Assembly: GCA_905178155.1 (NCBI GenBank)
Contig: CAJINV010000006.1
Span: 378,398-442,397, forward strand
Origin: Amoebophrya sp. A120
Taxonomy: Eukaryota; Protista; Dinoflagellata
Direction of reading: 5' to 3'
Length of the DNA: 64,000 nucleotides
In this document: in pieces, positions 35,401 to 47,300 of the stretch
Layout of the letters: each line of letters begins with the position of its first letter
Numbering within the stretch: the stretch's first letter is position 1
Position numbers and translations under genes: made by a program
The notes under the pieces: model-generated
The model's database searches: none
Seen by the model: the letters and a program-made list of their open reading frames with translations, nothing else
What the model was told of the DNA's origin: nothing

Positions 35401-38381
35401 CCTTCTGTTCCGACATTGGCACGGGATCCGCATTCGGTCGGTAAAAACTCGAATTAATGTTGCACCGAGGTGGTACTGCAGATGAGCCGCGACCGGTGGT
35501 ATTGTTGTTCCTGCTGTTGCCCGTAGTAGTTGTTGCCCCATTTGATGTAGATGTTTCTGTGCCGCTGCCCTGACCATTCGCGGCGCTGCTCCTCTTCCCC
35601 TCCACCAATTTGCTCGCTTTTGCGACTAAAATTCTCTTTGCCCGTTCTTTCAACTTTTTCTTCAAAAACTGCAGCTTCGAAACCCGGGGGTGTTATGGAT
35701 TGCAAATGTGTCTGGGTCTGGAAGATTGCAACCTGTCATGCTGGCCTTACATTCCTGTAAAATCTGTATTGCATGACTAACAAAAGGCGTAGCCTCTCTT
35801 GTCATTACAAAAACGCAATTTGTCATGCGGAGGGCGTATGAGAAAGCGTTCTGCAAACTTGTCATGCTCTGCTGCATAAGGAAGTGATTTCATCATGCAC
35901 ATTTTAGCATCACAAACTTCCAGACCCAGACATTTTTGCATTTGATAGGTGCAGCACCGCATCCAAAGTCGCTTGGTTCGAAAAATTTTCCAAATCCAAA
36001 TGTCCAAAGGAAAAACGTCCCGACCCCAGAGTTGTCATGCAAATCTGCAAGCCTCACATGTTTCTCATGCGCAGCCCCATGAGAAGCATCTCTTAATGCG
36101 GTCTGGCAGTTTGTTTGTCATGCTACAATCAGGATAAGCGGATCGATCTGTGATGCAGCTGCACTAGCTACGCGCGATTGCACTGCGAGCACAAACTTGT
36201 CATGCGCGACAGTCGAAAGCTGTTGATTTGTGTAGCAAAACCCCCATCTTGACTCTGGGGTGGGGACGTTTTTGCTCAGGATACCAAATCTGCTTGAATG
36301 TTTGCGAACTCCGGCAGGTTCGGCCCGTTCTCCTGTAGCTATCCTGTGCAAAAGTATCGTACTCGTAGCACTCGCAGCCATGCATTACAAATCTTTTTCT
36401 TATAGGGAAATCCGCATTACAAATTTCATTCCTCATGCTGAGGGAAGTTGTCATGCGATTTGTACTAGTACGATGCTTTTGCATTTCATAGCAGCTGCTC
36501 CCTTGCGAAATTTTTCTCCCCCGCCTCCAGCTGGTTCAAATATTCCGTGGAGGAAATATTCCGCACGGCGACCTATGAATTGCAAAAATGTCTGGGTCTG
36601 GGAGATTGCGAGACTTGTCATGCTAGTGGGGCATGACTCTGAACTCTGTATTGCGTGTCCGCGAAGAGGTCCTCTTGTCTGGCATGCAAAAACGCAGTTT
36701 CTCATGCGGGAAACGCATCTCTGAACCACGGAAAAACTTGGCATGCTGGGGAGCGCATTACAGTGTGCTCACTATTCGCTTTCTTGCATCACAAGTTTCC
36801 AGACCCAGACATATTTGCAATGCATACGACCTGGGCAACGGCGTTCAAATCGCGCCCGTCGTCGTTGATCTTCAAAAAGTCGCGAAGCAGGGACATCTGG
36901 CGTGTTGATGTTGAATAGGTTCTTGTAAGAACAAGAGCATATCCTGCAATCTTGTGGACATGCGAAACCATGCAAATTCTATAAAGGTTTATGGTTCTAC
37001 TTTTTTATTTTTAGCAATACAATAGATTGAAGATAGTAGAAAATGAATAAAGCTGCATGATAAAGGGTGAAAAAAAAAGACCTATTATTACGGTCATAAA
37101 AGTATACCTGTGCATGGTTGAAATCCTCAGACAAATTGTAGTCTTTCAGAACTTGCTTGAAGTCAAAGGTGGTAAATTCCTCCCCGCTGGCCCTCACCTC
37201 TACTGATTTCTGGTACAAGCTCGGAATGTGTTCGGCGATTATTTTGCTGTTCTGATTTTTTGTAGTTCCGGCAATGTCACTGCCGTCCTGGTCTTTACTA
37301 CTGTCGCAGCTGCCTTTACTACTGCTGCTTTTTAATGCCGCTGCTGTGCCTGCTCCCACCGCTGCATGACGAGAAGTAGAACTCGGGTTCTGACTTGCTG
37401 CAGCCCTGCTGGGCACGATCGGCGGCACCGCGACGGGTAGCTTGGTCAATTGCGTGAATAACTTCTCCGCCTCGGAAACGCCGGATAACGATTTGCTGTC
37501 CTTCTTGTACTATCCAGTGCAAAAGTATCGCACTCGTAGTAATCGCAGTCATGCATTACAAATCTCCATCCCAAGGCGAAACAGCATGACAGCATCCATT
37601 TGTCATGCTGAGCCAATTTGTAATGCGATTACTACTAGTACGATACTTTTGCAATGCATATGTACTGATAGAGGATTTTCGCTACCAGGTCGGCAACCTC
37701 CTTCTGTGACGGATTCACCCGCATGGACCTGCTCCCGGTTGTACTATTCTGTGCTGCTCCAGAAGTTCTACTACTTCCACCGTTTTGCGAAGATGAAACA
37801 GGAACTGGCTCGCCGTAGTTTAAACTGAATTTCAAGTAGTTGTGCAAACATTTTCTCACCAACGCGGGCAGAAAGTCTTCTGTCATCCGGTCTGCGTAGT
37901 CCCTCGCTCGCGGGCAGGCGCGCAGGGACCGGAGAAAAAAATCCACCCACTGCTCCATTTTGTGCGGCAACGAGTCGCTGGCCTGCTTGCCGACATCGTC
38001 GGTCGCGGAATCCGGGGTGGTCGAATCGAAGACTGTTTTTATTTCAACAAAATATATCTCATGTAGCAGTAGCAGGCTTTGGCCTTCATTTTGGTTTTGC
38101 TTTTGGGGACGTTGAACCGTCACAAAATTTTAACTCGTTTAGATTTTTTTTGAATGAAAGCATTGTCACACTTTCGTTTCAAGCGAAAAACTAGCTCCGA
38201 ACGGAACAATATCAATTGTACCTCCCTGCACCGTCTGCGCTAGCTTGCTGCTTTCCGCGGGCAGGCTCTTGCACAATTTCCGCACCGAAGTGTCATCCAG
38301 CAGCCCGTTAAACGTCGCATCCAGGCTTCGCTGGTCCGCGCTCAGCGAGAAATAGTCTGCGTTTGCTTCTACGAACGGCAT
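32468..38381 (-). CDS. Hypothetical protein with a Pro/Ser/Asn-rich C-terminal half, 9 introner introns plus 2 GT-AG introns
   Basis: ATG at 38381 (MPFVEANADYF). GT-AG introns 38033-38221 and 36897-37107. Introners 37511-37660, 36574-36826, 36340-36490, 36001-36283, 35694-35947, 34840-35328, 33495-33644, 32896-33045, 32570-32834. The 3' end is uncertain because a GTAAGT donor overlaps the stop. Confidence 0.72.
34953..35281. repeat. 97-bp minisatellite (~3.4 units) inside family-B introner 34840-35328
   Basis: Units start at 34953, 35050, 35147 and 35244 (CAATG.GA...GCGCGAACCCGGCACCCATATCCGCA...). Confidence 0.92.
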
Positions 38382-40331
38382 TTGATTAGTTTTTAGTGTC
38401 GTCAGAAGATCAAGAGTTGAGGCAATGTACTGGGAGAACGGGCTCAGTGCACAGCATTTTTTATGGCCATGTCTATCTAATAGAACTACATGCTATCGTC
38501 CTGTCGCTCTTCCTTCGTGAAAATTTGTAAGTAGTATTAATAGCAGCATGCTGTTGATGTGGTCGTCGTCGTGGTGGTCAACATTAAAACCAAACAGCAC
38601 ATTGAGAAAAATGTCAACATAGAGCTGTTGGAAGTGCAGTATTGTACTTGTAGCTTAATAGTCGCTTATCATCTGCTTCACGGTCGCATTTTACTGTCGA
38701 ACTTGTTCTTATGGATCCACGAGCAGCAGAAAAGTTATAGTGCGATAATAATCCCCGTTGCCATCTTTCAGTTTCAGGATGTTACCTGCTACTTCTGACG
38801 TTGGTCGAAGCACGGGAGGATCTTTTTGTTTCCTTAGAGCAGATAATGCCTTTTTCGTTTTCCTACCATAGCGCTAGGAAAATTGCATCGCAACTGAAGG
38901 CCATTTACAAATAAAATCGAACACGTCGCACATCTTCTGTGCGAAGCACTTGCTTGTTCTCGTCAAGCCAGCACGACCCGACCGTCTTCGTCGTACCGAT
39001 TTTTTTCGTTTTTCTTCAAAGACAGTAAATGGTGACACTGAAACGACGTTGTATTATATTTCTGTTGTTGATTTCTTTTTCAACGTGATTTTGGCTCTTT
39101 CAGCATGACAAATTCCGGTGTGCTTAATCGTCCAGAGATGGGCTTATATTTTTCATCGGAAAGAGAACGCGCAGACTGATCAGATCAGAGACAATGCTCG
39201 TAAAATTGCAGTCTGCTTCTAAGGATTCAGTAAAGAACGTAGCTGTTTCTTATTCGCCCCTGAAAGTTCGTGTAGTTTACTGCTTTTCGTGTGAAGATTA
39301 TGTAGTTGTTTCACTGCCTTAGTCGTTGTAATTAATACCCACCCGGGACTCTATCTAGTCTTCGATTTGCCGTGCTGATATAATACGATCCTAGTACGTA
39401 ATTACGAAAAAAAAGTGCCGATCATGTTGGAGTTCTTGACCCAGGCTAGACCCGGCGCCTAAGACATCTGTTTGGGCCCAGCCTAAGACAAAATTGTAGA
39501 TATTCGCATAGAAAACTAGCCCTACTTCTTTAATACCTGCCTCGGAATTTGATAAGCACTTGATCTCCTAGTTTGCCTAATATTAACAGTGGCTTTGTTT
39601 ACGGACGAAGTGGTGCGGAAACGCATGCAAAAAAAAAGTCGGCCTATTGTATTTGGTAATACTTGTATCAAGAAAGTTCTCCCTGGTCACTGACCCGTGA
39701 AAAATTTCGAAAGTTAAACTAAGTGCTGAATACAACAGTTTAATCAGTGCGTGGCAAGCCGCTACACACAGAAGGAGAAGTACTATGGTGAGATGAGTTC
39801 TTACGATTATGTGTTCGAATAGAAATGCGCATCTCTTATATAGGCATATCAGGTCGTTCTTGTTGTATGAGAAGTCGAGCTACAGCTCTGGTGCAAGGAA
39901 TTCAAAGAACTCCAAGCATGTGCCCTTTGAGCTGTAGCGACCTTTGATGTGAAACCTACTTTGTCCTATGGTCGTGACAACAAAATACGGTCAAGCGTAT
40001 TGGTTGAAAAACTATAGCGAAGATCACGTGACTCCAGTAGGAATTTGTGTTGGTGAAATAAATTCATCACAGTGCCAGGTTTCCATCTCAAATGCTGTTT
40101 ATTTCTTCCGAGGTAAATCTATTCCTGAGGCAGGACAAAGAGCGGGCGTTCTCCTTGTAGTGAAAGGTTCGAAATACTAGTCGACTTAGGTTGCAGTGCG
40201 GTCTAGATTGATACTATTGCTGTAACGAAGAAGAAATCATTTGTGAAACAGAGATGAGGATGACAGTTTTTGTGTTGTAAGTATATTTCGTGCTTCTTGT
40301 TGTCTCATGGAAAGCGGTTTATTACCATATC

Positions 40332-40621
40332 TTGAAAACTAAAATCCCAAAGGGAAGTTTGAAAATAAGCACTGTAGCATAGCGAACTGAACATAAATGT
40401 GTAAGCACATCCTGTGAAGGGTTTTTTGAAAATGAAGAAGGAAGCGACTACGTGAGTCCCTAGCTAGAAATGGGCGCGGCGCGAGTGTGGATACTTCTGC
40501 CCACGGGGTCCCACATGGCGGAAGCTGGAGCACTACGACCAAGCAGCGCTACACCCAGCCTTCCCATACCATAGGATCCCAGCCGACCAAGGAGCGCTAC
40601 GACCAAGCGCTACACCCAGCC
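40332..40621. mobile_element. 290-bp segment flanked by a 14-bp direct repeat (possible retroposed insertion)
   Basis: TTTATTACCATATC at 40318-40331 and 40622-40635; internal imperfect duplication of CTACGACCAAGC...GCTACACCCAGCCTT near the right end. Confidence 0.4.
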
Positions 40622-41391
40622 TTTATTACCATATCCCATCTTTCGTCTCCGGTATTTATTTGGTGACACTCATATATTTAGATCGATTTATTCGAAAATC
40701 TGGGTCAGCAAAAAGAACTCGAGGGCGCACTTACGTGGTCTCGGGTAGAATGCTTCACCGGAAAATTCTGGAGACACTGTTCAATAGCCACTCATCTGTA
40801 GTGCGATATTAACTCGATGTGAAGTAATTGTATTTTTTAAATCTGTTAACAGTTCGAGTTCCATTATGTCTTGATAAAAGTACTAAAAGCTAGCACAGTT
40901 AAGTACCGCTTGCAAAAGAAAAAAGTTGACACGCAAGATGGAATAACCGCTACACGAAAGACCACCCAGTGTAGTGCTCTCAGCAGACCTGGTTGACCAG
41001 AAATGGTGGTCGACACTGTTCTGCTTCGCAACACGAGAATTCTGGTGTAGCCGGCGTTAATATCTGCGTGCTTATAAAGAAATAATTAGCAGTCGCAGTG
41101 CGAAACGTGAATTAAAATCATAATCAAGGACTCCTCGTAGATTAATTTGGTTTCTACAACTGTTGTTTTTATTCAATGCGCCTTGGACACCTGCTTTTAT
41201 TTTTGGTGTGGTTTTGAAAAAGTTTTTGTGATGTTCTTTTCTATTACACATTTTGTATGTTCTTTTCGTTTTCTTTTACACATTTTAACATTGTGATTGT
41301 GGTTGAAAAAGTCATTTCATGTGGTCGTCTTGCAGCCTTTTTTCCACCCACGTGAGTACTGCAACCACTGTTTCACCCGACGAAGAACCGC

Positions 41392-44300
41392 TTAGCGCCG
41401 CTGGCGCAGCTGGCGGCGAGAGCGGCGGGCCTGGCGGCGCGCATGGATCGCGGCCTTGCCCTTGGTCTTCTTGACGTAACCCCGGTGCATCGGGTCGCGG
41501 GCGGGCAGCAGGTAGTCGATGCCGCGCTCTTCCCAGTAGTCCTCCAGCTGGCGGAGTTCCTTCTCCTGCTCAGACACACCGCCCTCCAACGTGCAGTACT
41601 CCTTGCCGTTGATCTTCATGCAGTCCTTCTGCTGCTCCCCCACTTCCTGCAGCCGACGGCGCTTCTCGATCAGCGCACGACGCTGGCGGCGCTGGCGGAT
41701 GCGGGCGATGTTGGCGTACTGGTCCTGGACCTGCTTTTTCTCAATCGGCGAGCCCAATTCGTTGTACAACACACACTGGTTGTCGGGCTTGCACTCCGGC
41801 TCGGCCGGGTCGGTAGCACCGGGGAACTCCTATCGCACGAAAAAAGTGCTTCACTGTAAGGATTTTGCACGTTTTGCATCACTACAAGTTTGTTCTACAT
41901 CACAGAGAAAATTTGCCATGCGAGATTCCTAAGGGAAAACACAGCTAAAAATCCCTTGTCTTGCATGTGTACCAAGACAAATACTTCTCAGATACATTTT
42001 CTGCATTACAAGTTTACAGTGAAACAGTTTTTTCTTGTGATAACTCGGCGTCGGTGAACACAGGCTCGTCGAACTTGCCCGCAGCTCCGGTTTGCAGCGT
42101 CATAGACGTGTCCTGCCACTGCTTGTGCTTCATGCAGAACCGCTTGCAGTATGAAAGTGCACAACTCCCCCTCCCCCTCATTTGTATGGCATCAACAGCA
42201 TTGCAAGCACCAGTACGTGTGGACCCTGTGCATGACGAGTTTGTGTGTCTCTTGTAGTACTGTTTGGATTTCCGGAATTTGTCATGCACGCGGTGCCACA
42301 AGGTAGCAACTGGAGTTGAGATTTTGCATAAGAAATGAGAACGAGGGGGAGTTGTGCACTGTCATATGCAGAGCGAGGTGATGTTGTTGCTCACGAAGGA
42401 CATGGCCTCCTTCACAGTCGTATCAAGTGAAAATATGTCTGGATCTGGAAGAATGCATGTTTGTCATGCTTGTCTGGCATGACTCTGAAATCTGTCATGC
42501 ACGTTACCCAAGAGCGCCATTTTTCTCTCAACATGCAGAAAAGCAGTTTGTCATGCAGAAAAATAGACAACACCTAGAAACTCAGAAATTTGTCATGCTG
42601 AGCCAGCACTTGTGGCCTCCTTATGATACGCCGCCCAGCAACACAAGTTTCCAGACCCAGACATATTTGCATTTCATAATTCGACGTCGCGTTCGGGTAC
42701 TTCTCCAGCGCCGGCTCGATCATGCGCTTGGCGACTTCCTCGGCGATAAGCTCGCCGCGCTTCATATGGTGAGCAAAAACGTCCCCACCCCAGAGTTGGG
42801 AAATCTGCTAGACAAATCGCCAGGCTTTGGCTGCTGCGCATCACAAATTTGGGCTCGCAATTTAGTCGTGTTTACCTAGTGCAGCACTGCATGACAGATC
42901 TAGCATACCATGCGGATTTGAGCATCACAAATCTCACAACATCAATTAAAACTGCTTTTCATAGGTCTCCGCATGAGAAACATTGTCAGCATGCAGATTT
43001 GCATTACAACTCTGGGGTGCGGACGTTTTTACAGGTGATATTTCATGCGCGCCAGCATCTCCTGCACCTTCTTCTCCGGGATGGTCTCGCGGATGCCGCG
43101 CATGGCGCAGCGGGACAGGCGGGTGGATTGGGACTTCATCTGGGCCATCGCGCCGCTGCCGTTGTCCATGTACATGTAGTAGGCGTATCAAAATAAAAAA
43201 TCACCCGCGCCATTTCGAAAGGCAATTTGTGTTGCTGGATTTGTGTACTACACAAATGAGCTCTGTATTGCAGCAAGAGCTTGTCGGGTGCATATTCTAA
43301 GCCCATTTGGGTACGCATCCCGCTAGCAGCTGAGCATGAGAAACAAGTCTGACATAGGCAAAAACGCATGACAGACTCGCTGTACAATGCGCCACAAAGG
43401 TGCCGTTTGCCTTGTACGCACGGCAAAGCTGATTTGCGGTCACAAATCAGCATCACAAAATTCCTTCTCGATATGGGGAGGGGGGATTTTTCCTTACGAT
43501 AACGGGTCGGGCAGGTTCATGTCGATCTCGACCAAGATCGCCTGAGCCATCTGGAACATCTCGTACCCCGGGTAACGCTATAGAGTGCAAAAATATCGTT
43601 TACTAGTATAAATCGCATGACAAATTCCCTCAACATGAAAAATATGAAAAATAGAATTTGTAATGCGGATTTACATTAAGAAAAATCTTTCCAATGCAGG
43701 ATTGCAATACGAGTATCAGATACTTTTGCACACGATAACCGCCAGTTGTATCCGGTCAGCGGATCCTCGTAATCCGTGTAGGTGTTGTCGGACTTCTTCT
43801 GCACGGCGTTCTTCAGGTCCTTCAGAACGGTCTCGTATGAACTGCAAAAGTATCGTACTCGTAGTAATAAATGCAATACAAATTGGGTCAGCATGACAAA
43901 TGGAATTTGTCATGCTGATTTAGCTTGGAAAAGAAATTTGTCTTGCATGACTGCAATTCCTACGAGTACGATGCTTTTTCACAGGATATCTCGCACGCCA
44001 ACTTGAAGTTCACCTTGGCTTCGTAGCAGCGCATGTAGCCGCCGGCCCGGTTGGAGTTCCCGTCCCAGTTGGCCGCCGCGGTGCCGGGGCAGGCGAGGAT
44101 GTCCTTGATGGGCTTGTAGTGCATCTTGTAGTTGCCCTGGTAGTCCATGATCTGCATCGCACCCCAGCCGTTGTTGTCCTCGTAAATGGCCTCGCACATG
44201 TTGGTGATCGCCGTGTCCGTCGGCATCGTGTAGGTTCCCGGCCAGCCGTATCCTCGGCAAAAATTTCCCCACGACCCCAGAGTTGTCATGCAAATGCGCA

Positions 44301-47300
44301 ATGACAGGAATCGATTTGTCATGCGCAGCTCCACGAGAGGCAAAGTTGCCAGTCGCGATTTGGCATTTGTAATGCTATAAATAGGATGAGCAAATGGCTT
44401 TCTCATGCGGCTTCCCTTATTGAAAACCAGCACTACACTGCAGATGTTGGAAGCTTGTCATGCACAACTCCCAAAACTTGGAGATTTGTATTGCAGATTT
44501 ACCAACTTGACTATGGGGTCGTGGGGACGTTTTTGCAAAGGATAAGCCGTTGGAGTAGGTGGCGTCCCGGAAGGTGCTGGGCGCGTCGTAGTCCAGCGAG
44601 CGCTGCAGCACCTGGGAAATGGCTTCCAGCATGGGCATGGCCATCGGGTTGTTCCCGTCGCCGCCGGACTCGCGGCGGATATCACGTGCAAAAGTATCGT
44701 ACTCGTAGTAATCGCAACTATGCATGACAAATCGCCTTCCTATGCTAAAACAGCATGACAAATTCAATTTGTCATGCTAAGGAAATTTGTAATGCGATTT
44801 GTACTAGTACGATACTTTTGCAGTTCATAGCGGATCTTGTCGGCCAAATCCTGGCACTTCATGTGCGGGCGGTCCCGGGACATGATGACCGCGGGCTCGA
44901 CCGGAGCGCCGCTATGCAACGCAAATGTGTCTGGATGTCTGGAAACTTGTGTTGCTGATACTTGCATTGCCGACTGGCTTCTTGTACGGCATAACAGCAT
45001 GACAAGATAATCCTGTTCATGCACTACAGATCTTGTTGTCTTTGATGTCTCGCATCACAAATCCAGACCCAGACATATTTGCGATGCATAGCCGCTGGTG
45101 TCGGACATGTCAGGGTTGTTGCTGTCATACATGGGTTCAGAGGTGTGGTTGTAGGACAGGGAGCGGAGATCGGCGCACCCAAGTTCCCGCGGGCCCATCC
45201 ACAAGCACTTGTCGCCATCGTATTGCTCGGTGTACCAGTCGGGCTCCGAGGGCGAGGACTGCTCGAACAAATGCTTCACCAGGCGCATGAACTCCAGCTT
45301 CTCCTTCTATGCATTGCAAACATGTCTCGGTCTGGATTTGTGATGCGAAATTAGAAGGACAGCGAGATCTGTAATGCATGAATGCGATGGTTCTGACCTT
45401 TTGTCCTACTGGGCGCTACTAGTTTGTCATGCAACAGAACACAATAGAACTCGCAAAACCAAGTAAAAAACTTGTGATGCGCGGATGCCGTACAGAACAT
45501 CGCTCCGCCATGCAAGACTCAGCAACACAAATTCGTTGCGTCTCTCCAGACCCAGACATATTTGCGCTTCATACCTTCTGGTCCATGACAATGTTGACCA
45601 GCATCTGCATGTACTTCGGGTCCGCACGTTATGCATTGCAAATATGTCTTCGTCTGTAGACTTGTGATGCAAGGAAGAAAACAGTGAGCACACTGTAATT
45701 ATGCATTGGCAAGCATGACAAGCTTTTCCGTTGTTCTGAGTTGCGTATTCCGCATGACAAACTCCATTTATTTGGCATGACAGGCAACAGGAGCTCTACT
45801 TCGCGGCTACGCAATACAGAGTTCAGAGTCGTGCCAGACTAGCATGACAAACCTTGCAATGTTCCAGACCGAGACATCCTGCAGTTGATACACGCATGCG
45901 CATGTAGATGTCGTACGCGCGCTCGCGGGCCATCTTGATGGCCTGTATCAAAGAAAAAAAGTTCGTCACGATCACTCATGCGCATTCTTGCAATACAAAA
46001 CTGTTTGTCATGCGTAAAAATGCATCACAGCCAAACTTCATTAGGGATTTCCCTAGTGTTTCTGCAATACAAGGAAAGTTTGTGATGCTGAGAAAATTTG
46101 TAATGCAAAACCTGCAAGTTAGTGACTGTGACAAACTTTTTTCTCTCCATAGCCTGCTATGAAAGTGCACAACTCCCCCTCCCCCCTCATTTGTGTTGCA
46201 TGAACAGCAACACAACCGCTGGGGCAAAATTGCAGCTTTTGCATGACAAACTCCCAGGGGATTGTAGTGCTGTTTTGGCTAGTACTTCCGGAATCTCTCA
46301 TGCAAGCAGTGCACTAACAGGCGAAGGGTGGATTTGGAATTTAGCATGACAAATGAGGGGGACGAGGGGGAGGTGTGCACTCTCATACCTGCTTCACTTC
46401 GTGCACGAACATCGGGTCCATCTGGCCCTGCAGGGAAGTGACCATTATGCATTGCAAATATGTCTGGGTCTGAAGACGGCCAGGTAGTTTGTCATGCATA
46501 TTTTGCATGACCCGCGACTGTCTGTGATGCATGCCCAAGCATCACAGATTTAGATTTTCAAAGAGCTTCCCGATGCTTATTCCGCATGAGAAATGCCCTC
46601 TTCACGTAGCACAGACTGGACTCCTCTTGCTGGTCATGCAATACAGATTTTTTTTAGAATTCACAAACAGCATCACAAATTGGAGCCTTCCAGACCCAGA
46701 CATATTTGCACTAGATAACCATCGCGGAGATGTCATCCATGGTCTCTTTGTACTTAGCCTCCGCAGCCGTCGGCATGTTAATCGGAGAGGTGGACTGCAC
46801 GCCCGCGCCCATCTTGGGCGCAGCGTTGAGGTCGGGGTCGAAGGTGCCGTTTATGAAAGTGCACAGCCCCCCTTCTTCTCATTTGTAGGGCATGAACAGC
46901 AATACAAGCGCCAGCTAGAGTGCAGGCTTTGCATGACAAATTTGTTGCACAGGATTGTAGTGCAGCTATTTGGGCGGCCAGAATTTGTCATGCAAACAGT
47001 GCGAAGAGGCAAGGCGGGGATTGTGGATTTTGCATGACAAATGAGGGGGAGGGGGAGTTGTGCACTTTCATACCGTTGCGGTTGTCGCCGGTCATCATGT
47101 CAATCACGTCCGATTCGTACATCAATTTCCGCTATGCAATGCAAAAGTATCGTACTCGTATAAAAAATGCAATTCTTGCATTACAAATCTTGTTCCCAAG
47201 GCAAATCTGCATTATGCATTACAATTTTTTTCTTTCATGCTGAGGAAATTTCTATTGCAATTTCTACTAGTACGATACTTTTGCAATGCATATCCGCTCT

